A program made the position numbers and the translations under genes. A DNA stretch of 64,000 bases from Patellaria atrata CBS 101060. Taxonomy: Eukaryota. The DNA is taken from NCBI GenBank assembly GCA_010093705.1, contig MU006094.1, positions 1,401,550 through 1,465,549 of the forward strand. Reading direction: 5' to 3'. Positions 35,966-50,000 of the stretch are shown here, in pieces (the stretch's first letter is position 1; every line of letters starts with the position of its first letter). The notes under the pieces were generated by a model. It was not told the origin of the DNA and did not search any database. It saw only the letters and a list, made by a program, of their open reading frames with translations.

Positions 35966-38265
35966 TTAAAAGCCTGAATCAGCGCCTTGTGTAAGATTGA
36001 ATGCCTTCCAATTATCACATGTAGGGTTCATAGTCTCCGGATCGATTAGACCTAGACTTTCTATTTCGTCCGGTCGCTCGATGAATTGCTGCAGCATATT
36101 AGCACCCTATGACTTCGCCGGGTTCCCGTAAATAGGGACTTACCACTCCAAAAGATTCGAAAGTATGATATCCGATATGGCAATGCATGAGCCTAGAGTA
36201 GTAATTAGTCCTCTATTCTGACAATCGAAATAAATTGGAGAGACATACCAAATTCCAGGATTGTCCGTCTTGAACCCGATAACAAGATAACCGTTTTGAC
36301 TAGGTGTGCCGGCGGGAAGTGTTGCTACATCTCGACGAGGAGGATTGTCCAAATTATTCAGGACATTCGTTCGCACTGTATTTTCGTCGTATTCTACACC
36401 AGAGTCGAGTATGGCAAAATCATGCCCTGCTCCCTTGTTAGCAACAGATCACTAATTTACTCAGGGCGATGAATACCATGTAAATGAATTGGATGAGAAG
36501 TTATGAGACCCCTGACGAAGTAATAAACCCATTTATCTGCTCGGGGCAGCAGGAAAGCAGCTTCTGTGGACTCATTCACAAATGAATAATTTCCCTCATA
36601 TGCGTGCTGAATACTTGGATAGGACCAATTCGTGATCATGTACGTCTCCCCTAAGTTCCAACGCCCTATTCCATTAATCTGACTCGCATTAAATCCCACT
36701 TGATGGATTGGCTCATTGTCGAAGTTAGGTGGATCTACTGACACCTTTACAATGGGTTTGAGGTTGCTGATCGCTTCGTCGAGACAAGCGGGTGAGGGGA
36801 GAGGACCTAACGGACCGGGTTCAGTTGCGTTATCACTAGAATACTTTAATATCGCGCGGATGTTGTCCTTGCTTTGATCGGTAAATGCAACGCATGATTG
36901 GGGAATCGCTCGAATCCAGTAGTTTGCAACCGGTTGATCTGCTTTCACAAGGATATCGTATCTTTGGCCTAACAAAATAATGTTAAAACGCTGGAGTGGA
37001 ACGAGGGATGTTGTTAGGAGTCGGGAGATACGGACCCATCGTAATACTCAGAGACCTCGTGGTGTAAGGTTCAATAGGCACGAAATCTGTATCAAGGTTT
37101 AACTGGCGGAAGGTTTGAAAGCCGCAGCATTATCCTCATACCTGCAGCAATGACAGTCATCTCATGACCTTCAATGGTGAAGTTAAACTGAGCCTCAATT
37201 GCACTATTAACCAATCGTAGTAAATGCGTCTTTCCCGGCTCAAATACAATCTCGGCCCGTTTTCCCACAACCGTGCCGTTCGGGAATTGATAGGTATTGT
37301 TACCGTTGATGAGGCCATTCTCCTGGGGAGGGGCTGCGTTGAAGGCTGTATTCATGATCCTCTTTAATTGTAACTCTGTAGAATTTTGAATCCCTAAAAT
37401 AGGTCAGTATCTGAACGTCATTCGAGGGTTAATGTCTTACAGTCATTGATAAAAACGTGACCTAAGTCGATATCATAGTTCTCACTTGCTGGACCGTGAA
37501 TCAAAATAGGACCTAAGGGAGGAGAAGTTCATTAATGGAGTCATATGGGTGACTCTAAGTGCAGTTGTCATACCGAATGCACCATCCCATGCTTGCAATG
37601 AATAGTGACTATGGTACCTTCGAAGCTGTTAGAAGAGAACAACACGTAGCAAAGGCGTTTTGTTAGCTTACCATGAAGTACCATACTGTGTCGCTTTCCA
37701 CTCATACGTAATAGTGTCCCCAGGCTTTTCACGTTAATAAAGGGGGAAGTTAGTGATCTAGAAAAGAACGCTTTGCTTACAGCAACTGGACATTGAGTAA
37801 GGGAAACAACACCGTCGCTCTGAAATGTATTCTTCTGTTGAATTCCATGAAAGTGAATGCTAGTACCAGTGCGATTTGTACACGCATTTGTTAGATGAAC
37901 CCCTATTCGAAATCAATATCAACCCATGACCGCATGAGGCAACATGTTCATGAATATGTAGGAGATCACTTACTAACTGTATCACCCCAGTTGGCTTCAA
38001 TAGTAGGCCCAGGAAGACTACCATTAAAAACTTGAACGTGTCTTGGTCGACCATCAGGCTCCAAAATCATATCCTCAAGCCGAAGCCAATACTCCTTCAA
38101 CGCGCCTTCTGGAGTGGTCTCATAGTAGTTAGTAGTGATATCATGATCACACCATTTCTCTCGAGTGGCGTTCGTATTGCCCTGGCAGGGTGTTCTCTTT
38201 GAAAGCGTGGAAGATGGAAATGCAATGACACTCGAAGCAAGCAGAAGCAAAAGCAGAAATATCAT
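35966..38265 (-). CDS. Secreted laccase-like multicopper oxidase (AA1), multi-exon
   Basis: Signal peptide. Copper motifs after splicing: IHFHG, WYHSHYSLQAWDG, HPIHLHGHDF and HCHIGYH. Also NPPRRDVA, DNPGIW and C-terminal DSGF*. Confidence 0.92.
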
Positions 38266-40542
38266 CGTAGTAGTGACTGGATGCTCTAGATACTCGCAAT
38301 ATTAACACAATAGAATATTGACAAAAGGCTAATGAGGGTAATAATAACAATGGAAGTGCGTTCTGTAACAAGACTGCAAAAAGACGAAAGGAGAGCTGCA
38401 TTTAACCCCTTTTATGCCCCCGATTTTTCTGCCACTTCCCACTGCTAACGTTGCCTAATGGAAAAGACTGACATCCCATGTGATGAGATCTGACCATAGC
38501 ACAAGATAACATTGAGCTACATCTAGATTCAATACAAAGGTAAGGCCGTTTCTACACCGCAAAGAGACCTCACTGTCTTCGGTCTTGCCGGCTGTGCGCA
38601 GATGGGATTTAAGACAGCATGCTTTTGCGTGAGCTGAGAGTACCAGAGTGCAGTAGTCCAAGGCTCAATCAATGTACCACAGATATACAGTCATCTTAAT
38701 GGCCGTTGAAGGAGTAGTGAATTGCCCTATAAGCACTTAGCCAATGAGATAAGCTTCCAAAACTGGAAATATGGAACTCTTGACTTTGAAAACCGAGGAA
38801 TGTTTTCAAGCGACCGACGTTAACCGTAACAACTGGGGATCTGAGTGCTAAATACTGGTATTAGTGTGGCCTGAACTCATGAGAGATATGCAGGGTTCAT
38901 GAGATAGCTCCTACTCACTATTTTGCTTGAATGGCCGGTGAATGACCTTGAAGTGTCGCTTGAAACAAGGAGTGTATACTGCATTAACCTTCTCACCTAT
39001 AAGCACATAGGAACATTTCGTAACTGAAGAGATCAGTAGGATCCTACGCTTACATGTGCAGCTGCCTGCTACGAAGTGTGTGGGTGAACTCGCCCGATGA
39101 TTCGTTAAGGAGTACTCCACAGTTGTAATATAGCTGAAGACGAAGATTACCATTACAACAATAGCTGTTATTCAACTCTATGTTAGGTTCATTTGTGCCT
39201 AAGATCATAATGGAGACAGAGTACCTCGTGGGGTCTGATAATGACCCCTTTTCGGAAAGTGCCGCGAGCGACTCGGATGTATAACTTTATAATATGTTGC
39301 CCTGGTGGTGTATCCATTGAAGGTCCGGTGCTCGTACTGCTGTTCAAGCTTGACGAAGAAAGATGTAGGGGTCTAGTAAGCACTTAGTGACGGTCCAGGT
39401 AGCACAAAGCCCTGACTAAGCCTCTGTGGATAGGTTTATGAGTATACATGTCAGATTATACCACTACGGCAAAAGGCCGACCTTAATGCCGAGTTTGGCA
39501 GTAATGCTTATATCTGACAACACACAAGGCTGATATCCCGATAGACCTCTCATATACTCACTTAAAGCTGAATAGGCGTAGTCTTTAAGCGATTATTTTC
39601 ATACTGCCGGTTCCGTAATGGCTAAATCCCTATATAAGCTTCAGTACTGTCCATTCATTTTGTAGCCCGCTAGTTATACCGATACTGGAGAGCTTCTTCA
39701 TATTCTAGCAAAGGTGATGAAGAGAAGGTGGATTCTGTAATTCTCGTAATTCAACGAAAAATCGAAGATCCACTCACCAACCATGCTTACGTGGAGAATG
39801 AGACTGAGATTCGAATGGCTAATCATGACGATGGTGTCTGATGGCGTATTGGACTCAAAGTCGGAGCTAATCCGCTCAAACTAAAGAGATCTACTGAATC
39901 TGCTTATGCACACCTTAGGGACGTTTAACGGAACATTTGAAATTAGGAAAAGAGACATCTTTACGTAGAGGAGATAGAAACTGATTGGGCTGAATTCTCA
40001 GCTTTACAAATATGTTGGCCGGATTTTGGAAGCTGTTACTTTGTCTCCGGCCGTTAAAGATGGGGCTACGCTATCTCATTCGATATCTTTGAGTCGCCTA
40101 GAATTTTCTAAAGACTACGAATATCTTATCTTAAATGGACAGTCGGAGAGATGATTTCGCATGATACTGACTAGAGAATTGAGATGGAGGAGTAAGATGA
40201 TAACAGAATGGGACGGGAGGGTCAGGTCCCAGGTGGAGCGGAAGAATTCCACCGACTCTCTCTAGGAACTACAACACTGATTTAAGAGTAAGAGAAGTGA
40301 GGCTGCAAGCAGTCGTCAATAGCGGATATAGTTTCGGCAATATGCTTGAGCAGAGAAGGATAAACTGAGGCGCAATTTTCAAGCAAAAGTATCAGTTACA
40401 CACAAAAATACCACTTGAGCTCATACGCACGTTTCGACATGGTATTAGTTCTTCCCAATTTACAACTTATTAATTACGAACAGTGACAGTTCATCACTAA
40501 CATTCCTTATTCATTCTGATAGTTCTCCTCAACCACAACAAC

Positions 40543-42361
40543 TTACAACTTCGAGGCAGGGGCTGGTGATCCAACAGTCGTAATCTCATTATAAAGCAAA
40601 CTAGCGCACGCATTAGCACTTCTTTCCAAGTCTCCTCATGGTATGGGTGAAAGGAAGGGTATACTCACGAGGTCAAAAACTCGGCATAATCCTCTCCTGT
40701 CACCTGACTTTCAAAGTATTTCCCTGCAACCGCGAACTTATTCCCCTTCGGCGCCTTAGCCTCGTTCTCCTTCACTTGCTCCCTGAGCAATTTGAGCGCA
40801 TAGTCTTTATCGACCCTTTTGCCCTCGGCAGTCGGGACACCATGTTTGGCCCACTGCCAGAGTTGACTTCTGCTCACCTCTGCGGTCGCCGCATCCTCCA
40901 TAAGGAAATTGATAGGCACGCACCCGACGCCTCGTAGCCAGCCTTCCATATAGTTTAAACCAATGTTGAGGTTCTTTCGGATCCCTGCTTCCGTGATCTT
41001 GCCAGGTACATTCATATTGAGAAGGTCGTTGGCTGTAATGTGAACATCCTCGCGGCGCACGTGCATTTGATTTGGTGTCGGCATATGGGTGTTGAAGACA
41101 TCGGCTGCAATTGATGCAAGGGCCGGATGCGCGACCCAGGTACCGTCGTGGCCGGCGCGAGCTTCACGGAGCTTATCCGCACGCACGGAAGCCATAGCTG
41201 CTTCGTTGGCTTTGGGATCGGCCTTGATGGGGATTTGTGCTGCCATACCGCCCATGGCGTGAACGCCGCGACGATGGCAGGTTTTGATAAGAAGTTTGAC
41301 GTATGCGTCCATGAAAGGAACCGTCATGGTCACGGATGAACGGTCCGGGAGGACAAAATTGGAATTTTGGCGGAAGCGTTTGATTACGGAGAAAATATAA
41401 TCCCAGCGACCGCAGTTGAGGCCTGCACTGTGATCGCGCAGTTCGTAGATTATCTCAAATATGTTAACGCTTTGATCAGGTTCAAAAAAAGACCAACACA
41501 TACCTCATCCATCTCGAAGGCAGCCAGTATTGTCTCAATAAGCACCGTTGCTCTGATCGTTCCTCGGGACATTCCGATATAGTCCTGGGCGAGGTTGAAA
41601 ACATCATTCCACAACCGTGCTTCCAGATGTGATTCCATCTTCGGTAAATAGAAGTACGGGCCAGTACCACGTTTGACGAGTTCTTTGGCATTGTTGAAGA
41701 AATACAGACCAAAGTCGAAGAGGCTGCCTGAAATAGGTTCTCCATCCACAGTGAAGTGTTTCTCTTCCAAATGCCATCCTCTAGCTCTAGCAATCAGTGT
41801 AGGGAGGACACGGTCGGTTCGGAGCTTGTATTCCTTCTCGCCCTGTTTGAAATCTACTTGCTTACGGATAGCGTCGTAAAGGTTCAGTTGCCCGTTGATC
41901 ATGTTATCCCATGTGGGTGCGCTAGAATCTTAATAACCGATCACATGTTAGCGAGGTCGAGGCAGTTACCGAAGGAAGAGGAAAGCTCAGTTCTCACCCT
42001 CAAAATCTGCCATGTACGTCCACACATCCGAATTCAAGGCATTGACGACCATCTTCCGGTCTGTAGGACCAGTAATCTCCACACGCCTATCCACCAGACC
42101 TGGTGCTGGTGGTGCGCCTTTCCACGCATCGTTATCGCGAATATGTTTCGTTTCTGGTAGGAAGTCTGGTAGATTGCCTTTGTCGAGCTCCTGCTGTCTA
42201 ATATGACGACGGTCTAGAAGAGTTTTACGGGTGCTATTGAATGTCCTATGGAGGAGGGCGAGGAACACGGTAGCTTCCTTGCTCAGTATCTTCTTCGTCT
42301 TCTCATTGAGGGGGCCAAGGATGTTGACATCCTTCAGAATCGCGTCCGGGTTCGCAGCCAT
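40543..42361 (-). CDS. acuE: Peroxisomal malate synthase (glyoxylate cycle), 3 introns
   Basis: [53 protein letters not shown] and [14 protein letters not shown]. Last exon ends ..PASKL* (PTS1). Confidence 0.97.
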
Positions 42362-42500
42362 GTGAATTGCTTGTATGATTAGTGTGTATGATGTGGAATT
42401 GGACTTTGATTGCAATCAAAATTGAGATTTGGTAGACCGGGAGAAATGGTGCGGAGGCTTTTGTTCACTTATAGGTTTACGACGTCACATCTCCCATAAG

Positions 42501-44364
42501 CCGAGGATGGTGGTGATGACTCTATGACTGCGAACTCGACAAGAAGCTTGTGGTCTAGCCATGAGCTCCCCGCCGCCATGACCCCGGATGAGAGAGGAAA
42601 AGAGACTACAAAGAGTATGGGGGAGCGGCCAAGATGGCTTCGGGCGAGGGGGTGTTTTCTCCGTCTTTTCTATCTTTCATCTGTCGTTGGCTGACATGTT
42701 TGACCTAAACCGCAAACAAGCTGATGCTCGTCATGGTCGCTAAACTTACCATATAAGGAGATCGCCATACTCCGCTCCGCTCGTGATTTTAGAAAAAAAA
42801 TCACATGAGTTTGGATAGTAAGGAAAAACTACATGAAAAGTTCTAAGGTGATTATTAGTATGTTACGTTTTGGAAGTATACAGTTACAACTGTAGGGTAA
42901 TCGTAGTCGATCACGTGATTCAGACCGAGGTTTCAATAATGAACGGAAACCTTCCGGGTCGGTCGCACTATCGGTAATTCGTCGGGAATGTGTTATATTT
43001 CAGCCGACATTCCGAGAGAGATACTCATACTTGAAACTATCGCGTAGAAAATGCCTCTCTATCTATCGAGGAGATTCAACTTAATCAACCATGTGTGAAT
43101 AATTCCAGCTTCATCGATTCTTAACTGAATGTATACTATTGATTATCAGCCTTGTCGGCATATGCAGTGAGGTATTCATAAGGTACAGTACATGACCTCG
43201 TGGTGGTAGTCTGGGGTAACATGGGGTCAGATTGAACAGGGAGAAGCATGAACTATTTCTACCTACCGCTTCCGTCTCAGCACTCTACGGCATGTGCTGT
43301 ATCCGTCCATGCCCTGATACACTTCTGGTATTTCGATGCAGCCCTGCCATCGGCATTACTTCTGACGGCCGGACATACAAGCTTATTTATCAATCTGTTT
43401 GCACTCTTACTTTGATATGATCCGGTTGAAAGGATCAAGGTATGGGGTTTGTCGATCTTCGCGCAGGGTCCAAGGTTCAAGAGTTCCTCCCATATTGTTT
43501 TCAATATGCCGTACCACGAAAGACACCACAGTGCACCGTGTGCAAATACCTCTGGAGTCTTGAGATTTAAAACAAAGTTGAAAGTGCCGACATGAACGCT
43601 AAAACAAGCTTTAAGTACCGGCATCCGAACTGTCAAGGTTCAAATCCGATTAGACTCGGTCCTAGTCTCGTCTGTACCCGGAAGACCGCATGACGATACG
43701 TATCGGGAACCTTGGAGAATCGCCTAGTTCTAGACTGAGTTCGGTCCGAAGATGTCAAGCTCAATCAGTCAAACTTGAGCCGGGATCCGAGCCGGAAACA
43801 CCCCTAGTATGGTTGTAGTCGATAGATGATCTCAATTGTACAGTACCTACGGTATAATATACAACTCAGGGTTACCTATAAGGATATTGAGTTTAGTTTC
43901 CACTCCAATCGCACCTCAGTACGTCAATTATATCTCAGGTGCTCATGTTTCCAACTAGTATCCCCCACTGTCAACACTTGTATCCGATGAATATTTGCAT
44001 GCTGAGTCTTAAAAGACACTCTTTTTTCTTCCTCGATTCAAGTAAAGATAATCGTTCGAGAAGTGGAAAGAGCGTGATGCGGTGTGTAAATGGTGGTGGT
44101 ATTGGGAGAATTTACACATTTGTCAATACTGGGAGATACTGTACAGCACAATAGAGCCTAGAAGAACGTATGGTGATACTGTAGTCCTATATTTGGAAGC
44201 TATAGTCTGCGTGTGTGAAAATACAATATTTTACGTCGGGTAGTGAGATGTACTTGACGGATTTCTTTTATGTCGTTCTACGGTGGGGGGAAATCCTTCT
44301 CCGCACTCCGTTTAATCGGTGCCGTTTCTAGCCGCCTTTATTGCTACTTCTGTTCTACCCGAGG
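42501..44364. promoter_or_regulatory. Divergent promoter with three CCGAGG (FarA/FarB/CTF1-type) motifs
   Basis: CCGAGG at 42501, 42925 and 44359. The outer two lie 140 nt and about 210 nt from the malate synthase and prpD start codons. Confidence 0.6.
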
Positions 44365-44573
44365 TCCTTGGTTCCTTAGGCTCAACCTAAGACTCTTACC
44401 TGACCTACCTGACGAGCTGCTTCTGTAAAGTTGACGTCTAGGTAAACAAAAAGTTGGACTCCCGTCTGCTGACTGATATATACATCTTTCTTGTAGGCCC
44501 TCATCCAATTCTCTCCCTTATCGTATACGCTCAATTGGTGGCAGGAGAGCTCGTAAAGACCTTCCGTCTGATC

Positions 44574-46395
44574 ATGTCTTCCCTTAGTCGAAACCTCTGT
44601 AACACCGCCTCGAGGACTCTTCGACAAAGAGGATTCCTTAGACCTTCTTCAAAAGCCGTTCGTTCAATTGCTGCCACCACGTCTCATACAACGTTCGTTG
44701 CCCGCCCGCTCACCGCTTCCTTCTTCACAATGCCCACCCTACGGGACAAAGCTACAGCTGTTCCGGCTCCCGCAAGAGAGTTCGATTCGGAAATTGTCGA
44801 CGTAGCAAAATACATCCATGAATATACTATTGATTCCGAGCTCGCTGTAAGTCCCCGACATGGCAGGTCCTGTCCGGCACTGACGTAATGCTCAAGTATG
44901 ATACCGCTCGCTGGGTTTTCCTCGACACCCTTGGCTGTGGTCTCAAAGCTTTGGAATTCCCACAATGCACAAATCTCCTCGGACCTGTTGTTGAGGGAAC
45001 TACAGTCCCTAATGGAACAAAGATACCGGGTACGTCATATCAGCTCGACCCAGTCCTTGGCGCCTTCAACATCGGGGCGATGATAAGATGGTTGGACTTC
45101 AACGACTGCTGGTTGGCAGCGGAGTGGGGCCATCCCTCAGACAATCTTGGAGCTATTCTTGCTGTAGCAGACTGGATCTCGAGGACAAACCGGGCCGGCG
45201 GGAAGTTGGGTGATGGTAAAATCTTGAAGGTCAGAGATGTTCTGGAAGCTATGATCAAGGCACATGAAATACAAGGCTGCATTGCTCTAGAAAATTCGTT
45301 TAATAAAGTGGGCCTTGATCACGTCGTACTTGTCAAGGTCGCTTCAACTGCGGTCGTCGCCAAGTTACTCGGCCTTAATGAGGCTCAGACTAGAGATGCT
45401 ATCTCCCAAGCTTGGTGTGACGGTCAGTCTATGCGTACCTACAGACACTCTCCGAATACGATGTCGAGAAAATCATGGGCTGCCGGTGATGCATGCCAGA
45501 CTGCGGTCAACCTCTGCTTAAAGGTGCTAAGGGGTGAGGGTGGTATGCCCACAGTTCTAAGTGCTCCAACATGGGGCTTTTATGACGTGAACTTTGGGGG
45601 CAAGCCCTTTAAGTTCCAAAGGCCATATGGCAGCTATGTTATGGAAAATGTCCTCTTCAAGGTATCATATCCAGGTAAGTGTGGTACAGCCGAACTTGAT
45701 TGCGTACTGCTGACGGGTTCTGATTCCAGCTGAATTCCATTCCCAGACAGCGATAGAAGCGGCTCAGCGGATAAACGCTAAGCTGAAGAAGATTGGCAAG
45801 AGCGCTGAAGATATCGATACAGTCATCAACAGGACACATGAAGCGTGCATTAGGATTATTGACAAACAATTTAAATCTATGGACAACTTTGCGGATCGAG
45901 ATCATTGCGTTCAAGTACGTTTCCGTTGCCATAAATGGCATATATCTTGTAGAGAGGGTGTACTGACGTCTCTATCCCCAGTACATGGTCTCTACCATGC
46001 TCGTATTCAACCGTCTTGAAGCAACCGACTACGTTGATGGTAGCGAGGCTGCTACCTCCCCTTTGGTGGAGTCGTTACGACAGCGTATCAAATGTGTCGA
46101 GGATCCCCAATTCACCACTGATTATCACGATCCCTCTAAGAGAACGATCTCCAACGCGCTCACGGTGACCTTAAAGGACGGGACGGTACTTGAAGAAGAG
46201 GTTGTCGAAGCTCCTTTAGGCCATCGTCTAAGGCGTGAGGAGGCGAAGCCAGATATTCTCGCGAAATACAAAAGGCATATCGGACCGCATTTCCCGGAGG
46301 CCAGAGTCAAGGAACTCGTAGAATTGGGAGCCAACCCTCAGCAGATTGATAACATGGACATTGATAAATACGTCGATCTTTACGTCAAGAATTAA
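44574..46395 (+). CDS. prpD: Mitochondrial 2-methylcitrate dehydratase (MmgE/PrpD family), 3 introns
   Basis: Arg/Ser-rich presequence, [61 protein letters not shown] and ADRDHCVQY. Confidence 0.96.
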
Positions 46396-47504
46396 TCTTT
46401 GCATATTGAGATGGTGGATCCAGGTAAATGGGATACGGTTGATTTCTACGCATCTGACTGGTGTTTTAAGTAAGCTGATAGAGAAAATTGATCGTCTACA
46501 TATATTGGAACTAAGCCCCGCCAAGACCGGCGCTTACCGATAAGGGACCAAGGGGACTTTCCCTTTGGTCCTAAGAAAGTCGATACGACGTCCATGCATC
46601 CTTCTACCGCCTTGGTGATAGACTGTACAGGTACCTTGCTTAATGTTACTCTTTTCTCCTGTGCCTGATTATCTTTTCCATCTCCTCCACGCCAATACCT
46701 GCTGAAGTCCTTTCCTTATCTCTTTTTTCTTCCTCTTATCATCCGAACGTAGCTAAGCTGATCTGCTCGGCAGCGATCCGACCCATCTCGGAGAACGCGC
46801 CGCCGGACTTCGCACAATGTATCGTCATGTTGCATCTTGCGGTAATCGGCTTGGATTTCTTGAATGAGCTGGTTGATACTGATACCCACGTTGATGAGAT
46901 GACATCTCGGCCTCTGATTCTCGGCCTCTGATCTGGCAACCGTATTGACAATGTATTTTGGGCCGCAAGGAGAATTTGCATAGAGTGTCTGACCTGTCTG
47001 CCCCATCAGCTCGTGGGGATGGCTTTCATATATTGCTCGTTTCCAGAAGACTCGGATCTACCCCACGGGGCCCTAGCGTATAAGCTTAGCCAGATCTAAG
47101 TTGCTTCAGGGAATCGGACTGCGGTCTTCCGATATGGCTTCCATGGCTTCCATGTTTTCTGCATCCGGAAGAAACGGCCCTTCGCCACAAGCGCCAGTGC
47201 TGCACTGTATGTACACTCTCGTCATGCGGTGGTACGGAGGTCAAGGCGGTGGAATTCTTATTGGGGTATGGCCAGATCAAGATTTCGAAATTCTTATTTG
47301 GAAATGACAATTGCGGAGCCGGATTGCAGCAGTCGATGTTGAAATATGGGCAGGCGAGACTGATAAAGGGGAATACGCCTGGGTGAGGAATTCCAGAGCT
47401 GCGAGAATTATCAATCAAACTTTGACTCCTTGGTCCAGAGCGAAAGTCGTTGCTAAGCTGCTCCCTCGTTGCTCAGGATACCTGGCCTTTGCCGAGCACG
47501 TGAG

Positions 47505-50000
47505 ATGGCTCCCCCCAGGCCGAACTTCAACACGCCTGTCGTTGATTGGATGGTGGACCTGCCTCTCAGTGACCCAAGGTGTTCGAACTTGTCTTGTCAT
47601 GCCTTTGCTGCAGGGTACAATGCCTCTGAAGCAGAGCTTCCATGGCTCTCTCAACTGGAATATGGGAGATGGACCATCTACTATTACTCCTTTTGGGTCC
47701 TACTATTCACCGTCTTCAACTTGTATCACATATTTCAGGACCAGATCCAGAAGCGACGGAGAACAAATAGCATCCAGTGTCCAACATGGAGACAAAAGAC
47801 TTTGGCTGTTTGCAGATCTCTCACTTATCGAAGATTTACGCAGCGATGGAGCGACACGATGGGACTACCCTCCTGGGGACTCTTAGCCATCCTGGCTCTC
47901 TCAACCGTGTTTTTGGCCGTTCTTCCTTTCATCGAACAACCGTACGTTCGAAAGCTCTTCCGCTATGGTTCTCCTCCGATCTCTATTCGATGCGCAATGA
48001 TAATCTCTGCACTTACACCACTCACCGTCACATTACCTGGCAAGGTCAACGTGATTACCCTCCTGACTGGCGTCTGCTACACGAAGCTTAATATAATCCA
48101 CCGTTTCGTGGCGTACATGCTTTTTGCATTGGCAACGGTGCATACGGTAAGCGAGATTCCTTCATGTCTCAGAATGACGTCGAAGAACTATCGAACGTAT
48201 AACTGGAATTCGCAGGCTGCCAAATAGCCGTCAAGGCATGTTAATGATGGGAAAATAGCGATTTCGCTACATCTTTCCCTATCATCTACCTCGATGGCAT
48301 TTGCAATACGTTCTACAAATCGTCCCATGATGTATATCAAGTTGCTCATCCTTTATACTAATCTGATCTTCTGTAGATACCGCATCTCGTCTCCCCGATC
48401 CAAGATGGTGGTATAGATAATCTATCACGATTATACCGCGAGAAAAAGAGAGAGGTAAATCCGTCCTTCTGATCTGCAACTGGACGTGCAGGTACTGATG
48501 CAATCTGAAGTTATCTGGAACTGCGCTTTATGCCGTCTGTTTTGGACTTGCATTTTTCTCCATTCCTTGGATCCGTAAACGTGCTTATGAAGCGTTCGCA
48601 TACGTCCACATCTTTCTTGCGATCAGCTATGTCGCCCTACTTTGGTGGCACATCGATGGAGAGTACATGTCTGTAAGTAGTTAAAACCGGGACCACCGTA
48701 TTGCATTATGTGGAAGCAAACTAATAAACTCTAGCCTAACTATCTCTATGTCACTATCGGTCTCTGGGCGACATCGTTTCTTATTCGCGGCTTCTTCCGT
48801 AATAGACTCTTCCCAGTTGGGCCTGCTCACTCTCTGCGAGGTTATCCGACAACTCTCAAACACCTCCCTGGAAACATTACCCGAATTGTCGTGTCTGTTC
48901 CTGGCAACTTGACGTGGCGACCAGGTCAACATGCATACATCCGCATGCCTAAGCTAAGCATTCTTGACAACCATCCATTTACAATTGCATCCATTCCCCG
49001 TCAAACGAAAGATTGTGAAAAGGAGCACAAAATGGTTTTCCTTGTACGAGCCCACACAGGTTTCACACACACCCTTTCCACTCACGTGCAAAATATTTCA
49101 ACCAGCCCTTCCCCATCTCCGAAAAATTCCAATACGCCAGCCCCGCTACTATCGCCCCGCCTCTCAACTGAGTTCATTCCAACTTTCAAACCCACAGTGG
49201 TTCCGACTGTTAAATCCGAAGTCATCCAGATCGAAGACATCGAGGCCCAGCGGCTCCCCCCGTTGAGACGGCGTGCTAAGGCCCACGACCTCCGTACTTT
49301 GATCGATGGACCTTATGGCGCACACCTACGTCCTCTGCACCGAATATACGACGATATCATCTGCGTGGCTGGTGGAACTGGAATCACTGCGATTCTACCT
49401 ATGGCGATGCATCTAGCTGAGAAGATGTCGCGGGTGGAGTGTGTGCTGAAAACAGTGCGATTAGTCTGGATGATTCGGGACAAAGATTGGCTCAGCTGGA
49501 TCCAAGAAGAGATTGAACAGGTCAAAAGCATAGCCGCTGGCAGCAAGGGTCGTGTAATCCTAGATGTTTACGTCACCGCACGAGGTCCGAAACCAGTGAC
49601 AGCGGAAGAAATCCTTGAATCAAGTGCTGAAACTCTGGTCCAAATGGTCGAGGAAAAGGCCTATGCTAAGGAGAAGGAGATGGAAATTGATTCGATCAAG
49701 AGACCTTCCTCTGTATCACTGTCACCTAGGTCATCGTCTTCAACTTCTATTTCCTCTCCCAGCTCCATACCCCCTCCTCAGGCTAAGAGTCCGGGCTTTT
49801 TAATGACAACTCATTACCTGAAACCGGAGATCTCGCAGCTCCTACCAGATCTGATTAAGGGACCGAGATCCTTGGTGCTGGGATGCGGCCCAGATGCCAT
49901 GAAAACGTCTCTGTCCAACACTATTGCCGGACTGCAGCAACGCGTGCTTTCCGGGAACATGATGGAAGTTGCGCTGAGGACTGAGACCTTTGGGTGGTAA
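47505..50000 (+). CDS. Ferric/cupric reductase (FRE family), 3 introns
   Basis: Heme His pairs (IIHRF..VHT; YVHIF..WWH), FAD motifs WRPGQH and HPFTI, NADPH motifs DGPYG, AGGTG and CGP, terminal ETFGW*. Confidence 0.9.
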
